Below are positions 59,261 through 64,000 of a DNA stretch of 64,000 bases, piece by piece. The DNA is from an uncultured Chloroflexia bacterium. Its GTDB lineage: Bacteria; Chloroflexota; Limnocylindria; Limnocylindrales; CSP1-4. Both the position numbers and the translations under genes were made by a program. The stretch's first letter is position 1, and every line of letters starts with the position of its first letter. The notes below the pieces were generated by a model that saw only the letters and a list, made by a program, of their open reading frames with translations, was not told the DNA's origin and ran no database searches. Location: NCBI GenBank assembly GCA_963766735.1, contig CAVYBU010000019.1, positions 65,999-129,998 of the forward strand, in the 5' to 3' direction.

Positions 59261-59985
59261 CCCTTCGCCGCTCCCTTGCCCTGGCCGTCGCCGCCCTCGC
59301 GGTCCCGATCGTGCTGGCCGCGTGCTCCTCGGGATCGAGCGGCGCAGCGACCATCCCGCCGATCCCCTCCGAGGCGCCCGCGACGCCCACCCCCGCGCCG
59401 ACGCACCCCGGCCCGAGCTACCCGCCCGGCTGCCCCACCGAACAGCCCGCGGCGCTGGGCGCAGACGACGTGCGCACGGTCACGATCACCACCGACAAGG
59501 GCGACATCGTCATGGAGATCAAGGGCGCGCTGTCGCCAATCGCCGCCGGCAACTTCGTCGAGCTCGCCTCCTGCGGTTACTACGACATGGTCGTGTTCCA
59601 CCGGCTCGTGCCGGGGTTCGTGATCCAGGGCGGCGACGGCATGTTCGGCCGCTCGCCGGATGTCATCCCGGACCTCGTGGGGTCGGGTGGGCCCAAGTAC
59701 ACGATCCAGGACGAGCCGGTCACCACGACCTACGGCCGCGGCACGGTGGCCATGGCCCGGACCCAGCAACCCAACTCAGTGGGCTCGCAGTTCTTCATCG
59801 TCACCGACGACGCGGCGGCCGCGGCGCTGGGCGATCCCCAGTACAACAACTACCAGATCATCGGGTCCGTGACCGCCGGCATGGACGTCGTGGACACCAT
59901 CGCGGCGATGCCGAACACCGGCCCCCCGAACAACGCCGCCATCGACCCCGTGCCGATGACCAAGGTCACCGTCACCACCCCGTAG
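59257..59985 (+). CDS. Cyclophilin-type peptidylprolyl isomerase, lipoprotein
   Basis: Lipobox LAAC, FHRLVPGFVIQGGD and GSQFFI; ATGA overlap with the upstream gene. Confidence 0.9.
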   Translation: MTLRRSLALAVAALAVPIVLAACSSGSSGAATIPPIPSEAPATPTPAPTHPGPSYPPGCPTEQPAALGADDVRTVTITTDKGDIVMEIKGALSPIAAGNFVELASCGYYDMVVFHRLVPGFVIQGGDGMFGRSPDVIPDLVGSGGPKYTIQDEPVTTTYGRGTVAMARTQQPNSVGSQFFIVTDDAAAAALGDPQYNNYQIIGSVTAGMDVVDTIAAMPNTGPPNNAAIDPVPMTKVTVTTP

Positions 59986-60016
59986 CCATGCCCCCAGCAC
60001 ATCGAGGAGAGCACCC

Positions 60017-60511
60017 ATGACCCGTGTCGTCATCGCCACCGAGGCCGGCGAGATCGAAGCCGACCTGTTCACCGAAGGCGCGCCCAAGGCGTCTGCCAAT
60101 TTCGTGAAGCTCGCCAAGGCCGGCTTCTACGACGACGTCATCTTCCACCGCGTTATCCCCGGCTTCATGATCCAGGGCGGTGACGGCGAGTTCGGCAAGA
60201 AGGCCACGCTCAACACCGGGCGCGTCGGCACCGGAGGCCCCGGCTACAAGTTCGATGACGAGCCCTTCACCGGCGACTACTACCGGGGCACCCTCGCGAT
60301 GGCCAACTCGGGCAAGAACACCAACGGCTCGCAGTTCTTCATCTGCCACGCCGACTACTCGGGCCGGCTGCCGAAGAGCTACACGATCTTCGGGATGGTC
60401 ACCAAGGGCCTCGATGTCGTAGACGCGATCGCGACGGCCCCGCGCAACAGCCGCGACCTGCCGGACGCACCGGTCGCGATGACCTCGATCACGGTCCTCG
60501 ACGAGGCGTAA
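60017..60511 (+). CDS. Cyclophilin-type peptidylprolyl isomerase, cytoplasmic
   Basis: FHRVIPGFMIQGGD and LAMANSGKNTNGSQFFI. Confidence 0.93.
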   Translation: MTRVVIATEAGEIEADLFTEGAPKASANFVKLAKAGFYDDVIFHRVIPGFMIQGGDGEFGKKATLNTGRVGTGGPGYKFDDEPFTGDYYRGTLAMANSGKNTNGSQFFICHADYSGRLPKSYTIFGMVTKGLDVVDAIATAPRNSRDLPDAPVAMTSITVLDEA

Positions 60512-60562
60512 TCCGCCCGTCAGGCAGACGATTCGGGCCAGTCGGGCCGACGGTTAAGGGAT

Positions 60563-60617
60563 TATTACCAAACTCCTCATCAAAACCCTTCCCAAATCCA
60601 CACCAGCCCGCTAGGAT
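60563..60617 (+). promoter_or_regulatory. Promoter with three imperfect 12-bp direct repeats upstream of a -10 hexamer
   Basis: TATTACCAAACT, CCTCATCAAAAC and CCTTCCCAAATC (CAAA at 60569, 60581, 60593); TAGGAT at 60612-60617. Confidence 0.45.
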
Positions 60618-60623
60618 ATGCAC

Positions 60624-60800
60624 GCTGCAAGTCAGCCAGCGCTGCCCCAGCATCAGGATCATGGGTAGGTAGGGTTAGGGTAGTCGGTTCAGCCGACGCG
60701 ATAGATGATCCTGGCGCGATGGCAAAAGGCCCGCCGCAAGGCGGACCGTTCACCGGGACAGCAACGAGGCGGCTCCTTCGGGAGCCGCCTCGTACGTTTC
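60624..60800 (+). ncRNA. Candidate structured non-coding RNA of about 170 nt, family unassigned
   Basis: Has its own -10 and terminator, nested helices, GCAA and TTCG tetraloops, and no credible ORF. Confidence 0.55.
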
Positions 60801-60801
60801 T
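60764..60801 (+). terminator. Intrinsic terminator of the candidate ncRNA
   Basis: Perfect 13-bp stem ACGAGGCGGCTCC-TTCG-GGAGCCGCCTCGT, then ACGTTTCT. Confidence 0.75.
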
Positions 60802-60902
60802 GCGGGGAACCTTGTTGAGGTGGCGCGGCGGTGCCAGGCCCGACGGCGGTCGGAGACGGGCTGCTATCCTTTCAGCCCGCGACGCCAGCCGTCGCGACTC
60901 GC

Positions 60903-60978
60903 GCGCCTGTAGCTCAGCGGATAGAGCGTCGGCCTCCGGAGCCGAAGGTCGCAGGTTCGAATCCTGTCGGGCGCGCCA
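60903..60978 (+). tRNA. tRNA-Arg (CCG)
   Basis: GCGCCTG TAGCTCAG...TCGGC-CTCCGGA-GCCGA...GGTTCGAATCC...CGGGCGC-G-CCA; extended -10 TGcTATCCT at 60862-60870. Confidence 0.97.
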
Positions 60979-61310
60979 TTGCAACCTTTTCGGGCAGCGC
61001 CAGCGCCAATCCGTGCGCGTAGGCCGCCGACGTGAGCCGGATCCCCACGATCTCGGGTCCCGCGACCGTGATCCGCTCGTAGATGGCGTGCATCAGGTCT
61101 GCCCTCTCCTTCGGTACGTCTGCCTGCTGGATTGACTCGGCCGAGCGCGCGGAGCCACTCGATCGCGCGCTGTGCCGGGACGCCGGTCTCCGATCCCTCG
61201 GCGATCGCGTCCCGCGCCTGACGGAGCGCCTTGAGCCGGGCGAGGTACGCGTCGTCGGCGAGGTCGCCTGCGGCGTGCTCGAGGGCGAGCTCGCGGATCC
61301 GCCGGTCCGG
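60979..61310 (-). pseudogene. C-terminal remnant of a probable large serine recombinase, reading into tRNA-Arg
   Basis: DRRIRELALEHAAGDLADDAYLARL, then after a frameshift near 61140 ERADLMHAIYERITV...KVAMARPTGFEP. This resembles the recombinase C-terminal coiled-coil region; no catalytic domain is present. Confidence 0.55.
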
Positions 61311-61510
61311 ACCGTCGTGGAGGCGGCCGGAGCCGCCTCGAGCGGGTGGTGAAGACCACGGTCTTCCTGGCCAGCGCAGATGACTTCGCAACGATGAATG
61401 CGCTGTTCGCGGAGTTCTTCCCGACTGCCCCGCCTGTCCGATCGACGCCGATTGTCGGTCTGCCCCGGGGTCTTCGGATCTCGATCGATGCCGTCGCCTA
61501 CATGGGCTGA
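61305..61510 (+). pseudogene. 5'-truncated RidA/YjgF family fragment (absent from the ORF track)
   Basis: Manual translation: VRTVVEAAGA, a 1-nt slip, then LERVVKTTVFLASADDFATMNALFAEFFPTAPPVRSTPIVGLPRGLRISIDAVAYMG* (TGA 61508-61510). Confidence 0.72.
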
Positions 61511-61726
61511 CGGGGGTTCTCGGCTACGCGGCGGTCCTCGCGATCGCTCGGCAGCAGGCGCGACTCCTCCCCATCGTAGGCGTCTGGCGGTCGGTGCGGA
61601 CCTGATGTGGTTCGCCGGCGCTCATGGCCGCGGTGGTTGCGGTGGCCACAAGCGGTACGATGCAGCGTCCCGAATGGGATGCGGGCAACTGATGTCCGTC
61701 TCTTGCGAGTTGCGCGAGGTGATCGG

Positions 61727-62641
61727 ATGAGCCCGTCGATCGAGAATCGCAGCATCACCTTGTCCGACGGTCGCTCGCTCACGTGGGCGGAGTACGGCCA
61801 GGCCGACGGCAACCCGGTCATCTTCCTCCATGGCGGCAATGACTCACGCCTCGCCGGGCGTCTGCTGGCGGATGCCGCCGAGCGAGCAGGGGTGATGCTC
61901 ATCTGCCCCGACCGGCCCGGGTTCGGAGGTTCGTCCTTCCAGCCCGGGCGGCGACTGGTCGACTGGCCGTCCGATGTCACCGATCTCGCGGATCACCTTG
62001 GGTTGAGGGAGTTCGCGATCCTTGGCCACTCCGGTGGCGGCCCGCATGCGCTCGCCTGCGCCGCTGCTATGGGCGACAGGATCCGCGCGGTGGCCACCGT
62101 CTCGTCCGCCGCGCCACCGCCCGCGTCGAATCGTGGGATGCATCCGATGTTCCGGATCGTGAACGTCCTGATGAAGTCGTCGGCGCTCTACCGACCGATG
62201 GCGCGCAGCCAGCTCAGCCAGATGCGTGGATCGCCCGATCGCTGGTTGCAGGTTTGGGGCCGGATGCAGCCAGCCGACGGAGCCCTGTTCGGGCGCAAGC
62301 CTGAGGCGGCAGGCGAGATCGTCGCCGAGATGACCGAGGGAGCTCGACAGGGATCGACGGCATCGTTCACGAGGCACGGCTGCTACCACCGAGACTGGGG
62401 CTTTCCACTGACCGAGGTCGCGGTCCCCGTCCACGTCTGGCATGGGCGGCAGGATCGCCAGGCGGCCGTGGCCTGGGCGCAGCACCTTGCCGAGACCATC
62501 CCTGGCGCGACCCTCACGATCGTCGACGACGGCGGACACTTCTCCACCTTGATCGACCACGCGGATGAGGTCCTCGAATGGCTCACGGCTCAGGGGTTCG
62601 CGGAGCGAGAGGTGCAGGCTGGCGTCGCGGATGTCCGCTAG
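61727..62641 (+). CDS. Alpha/beta fold hydrolase
   Basis: ATG 61727 after GAGGTG. LHG, DRPGFG, GHSGG nucleophile, HGRQD and GGH. Confidence 0.88.
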   Translation: MSPSIENRSITLSDGRSLTWAEYGQADGNPVIFLHGGNDSRLAGRLLADAAERAGVMLICPDRPGFGGSSFQPGRRLVDWPSDVTDLADHLGLREFAILGHSGGGPHALACAAAMGDRIRAVATVSSAAPPPASNRGMHPMFRIVNVLMKSSALYRPMARSQLSQMRGSPDRWLQVWGRMQPADGALFGRKPEAAGEIVAEMTEGARQGSTASFTRHGCYHRDWGFPLTEVAVPVHVWHGRQDRQAAVAWAQHLAETIPGATLTIVDDGGHFSTLIDHADEVLEWLTAQGFAEREVQAGVADVR

Positions 62642-62969
62642 GGCGTCGCGACAGGCGACCGCGTGGGCGCGGTCGATCCGCTGAGTCGGGGCGACGAGGG
62701 TCAACACTCCTCGAGCGATCCGCTGATCCGTCCGTCTGCGCTCCGCCGTCGGGTTCCGGCAGCCGCGGCGCCAGGATCCACACGAGCTGCGCCGTCGTCG
62801 TCGCCCCCACCTTCGACCGGGCGTTCGCCAGGTGGTGCTTGACGGTCGAGTGGAGCAGGCCGAGGCGGTGGGCGGCCGCCTTCTCCGATCCGGCAGCGAG
62901 GACCGCGGCCACGACGACGACCTCGCGGTCGGTGGCGCGTCCGACGGGGCGGGATGGACGGCGCGTCAT
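62583..62969 (-). CDS. Stand-alone LuxR-type helix-turn-helix protein
   Basis: TDRE...KAAAHRLGLLHSTVKHHLANARSKVG. The 3' end is uncertain (overlaps the convergent hydrolase). Confidence 0.65.
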   Translation of the reverse strand: MTRRPSRPVGRATDREVVVVAAVLAAGSEKAAAHRLGLLHSTVKHHLANARSKVGATTTAQLVWILAPRLPEPDGGAQTDGSADRSRSVDPRRPDSADRPRPRGRLSRRPSGHPRRQPAPLAPRTPEP

Positions 62970-63163
62970 GCGCTCCGGACCAGCTCGAGCGCCTCTGGCG
63001 GCTCGGCGAGCCGCATCGTGATCGGAAGGTCGTTGGTGGCGGGGCTATCCCTCTCGCCCCGACCAGATCGACCAAGTTTCGTGTAGAGATCTCCAGATGA
63101 GTAGGCGGGCAGCGCAAGGCGCGATGCCCGGTCTTGATGTGGTGCTCGCGGGGAATGTGTCGG

Positions 63164-63605
63164 TCACGACGACATCGTCAGGAGGCGTGGGCGGGCAACG
63201 TGGATCAGCAGCCCGGCGGCGAGGAGCGTGCCGCCGATGACCACACCCACCGACAGGGAGGTTGCGGCGGCTCCCTGGCCGAGCCCTGCAGCGAGGACTC
63301 CGGCATAGGACCACGCCATCATCGTCCCGTGCGCTTCGCTGCGGCCGCGGCTGCGACGCCCGGTCAGCGATCGCGTAGGCTCCGACGAGGGTCACGACAC
63401 TCAGGACCGTGAGGACGTGGAACGGGCCGATGGCGCCGCGGGTGTCAACGCTCCAGGCAGCCAGGTTCACGTAGGCCATCGCGCCGAGGTAGAGATAGCC
63501 GAGGCGGCGGTGGCGCATCGTGCCCTTCCGACCGGCGAGGAGGGCTGCGCCGCGCGCCCAGCGCGACCGCGGCCGCCACCACATGGATCAGGCCGGGCGG
63601 ATCAT
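63164..63605 (-). pseudogene. DUF2306-like membrane protein with several frameshifts
   Basis: Segments GLIHVVAAAVAL, RKGTMRHRRLGYLY...GPFH and AHGTMMAWSYAG lie in different frames. Confidence 0.62.
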
Positions 63606-64000
63606 GCCCGGTCCCCGTTCCGTCGCCGGATCCAGAGGATGACGCCGGCCCCCATGCCGATGGCGAGCAGGGCGAAGGTCGACGGTGTCTCCCAGTTCGT
63701 GCCCACCAGGGCGGGGAAGAGCGTCTCGAAGCCCTCATCCCAGTTCTGCGTGGCATGGAACAGGAGGCCCGGGATCAGCGATCCCCCGCTGCCGTTGAAC
63801 ATCAGCATGAACCAGGAAGCTCAACCCGATGGCCAGGACCAGGAACAGGCCGATGGCGACCGGCTCGCGCGCCATAAGCACCGGCAGATGCCAGAGTCCC
63901 CATCCCAGGCCGATGATCTTCCGGCTCGCCCTCAATGGTGACATCCGCCCCTGCAGCCATGGGAGCGCGAAGCCCCGAAGGCCAAGCTCCTCCCCCATGG
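63602..64000 (-). CDS. CPBP (CAAX/Abi) intramembrane metalloprotease, 3' part; frameshift near 63810; runs off the window
   Basis: GEELGLRGFALP, WGLWHLP and FNGSGGSL..LLFHATQN motifs split over two frames. Confidence 0.78.

Noticed and set aside
60663-60683. Telomere repeat or reverse-transcriptase template
   Set aside because: There is only one exact TTAGGG unit and no reverse transcriptase in the window. It is kept only as a loop feature of the candidate ncRNA.
60580-61135. ORFs 60580-60984 (-), 60719-61135 (+) and a 16-codon ORF from ATG 60618
   Set aside because: The long ORFs overlap tRNA-Arg and the terminator and have no motifs. The short ORF starts immediately after the -10 hexamer and has no SD.
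1-64000. CRISPR array, rRNA, intact IS element or prophage
   Set aside because: No repeat-spacer array, rRNA signature, transposase or phage structural gene was recognised by eye.

Overview
A very GC-rich bacterial window. The gene content (lipoproteins, leaderless genes, NirK, DUF885, MshB-like deacetylase) fits a monoderm soil or sediment lineage such as Chloroflexota or Actinomycetota, but that is inference only. The left ~42.6 kb is a dense cluster for uptake and breakdown of methylated amines/betaines. It holds a ProW/ProX-type ABC importer, choline dehydrogenase BetA, a Liv-type ABC importer, six FAD-dependent GcvT-domain (dimethylglycine/sarcosine dehydrogenase-like) enzymes, two pyrrolysine-free MttB-family methyltransferases, two EtfAB pairs, three local regulators (TetR, RpiR, GntR) with candidate operators, and an unassigned operon (aminotransferase, MmgE/PrpD, divergent GcvT, aldehyde dehydrogenase, racemase). 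The right part carries a cupredoxin-extended lipoprotein NirK with a divergent membrane gene, housekeeping-type genes, tRNA-Asp(GTC), a HisA-like protein missing a catalytic loop and two cyclophilins. It then has a candidate structured ncRNA of about 170 nt, tRNA-Arg(CCG), and a decayed integrated region starting with a recombinase-like remnant. Several single-base frameshifts are more likely sequencing errors than biology. No CRISPR array or rRNA was seen.
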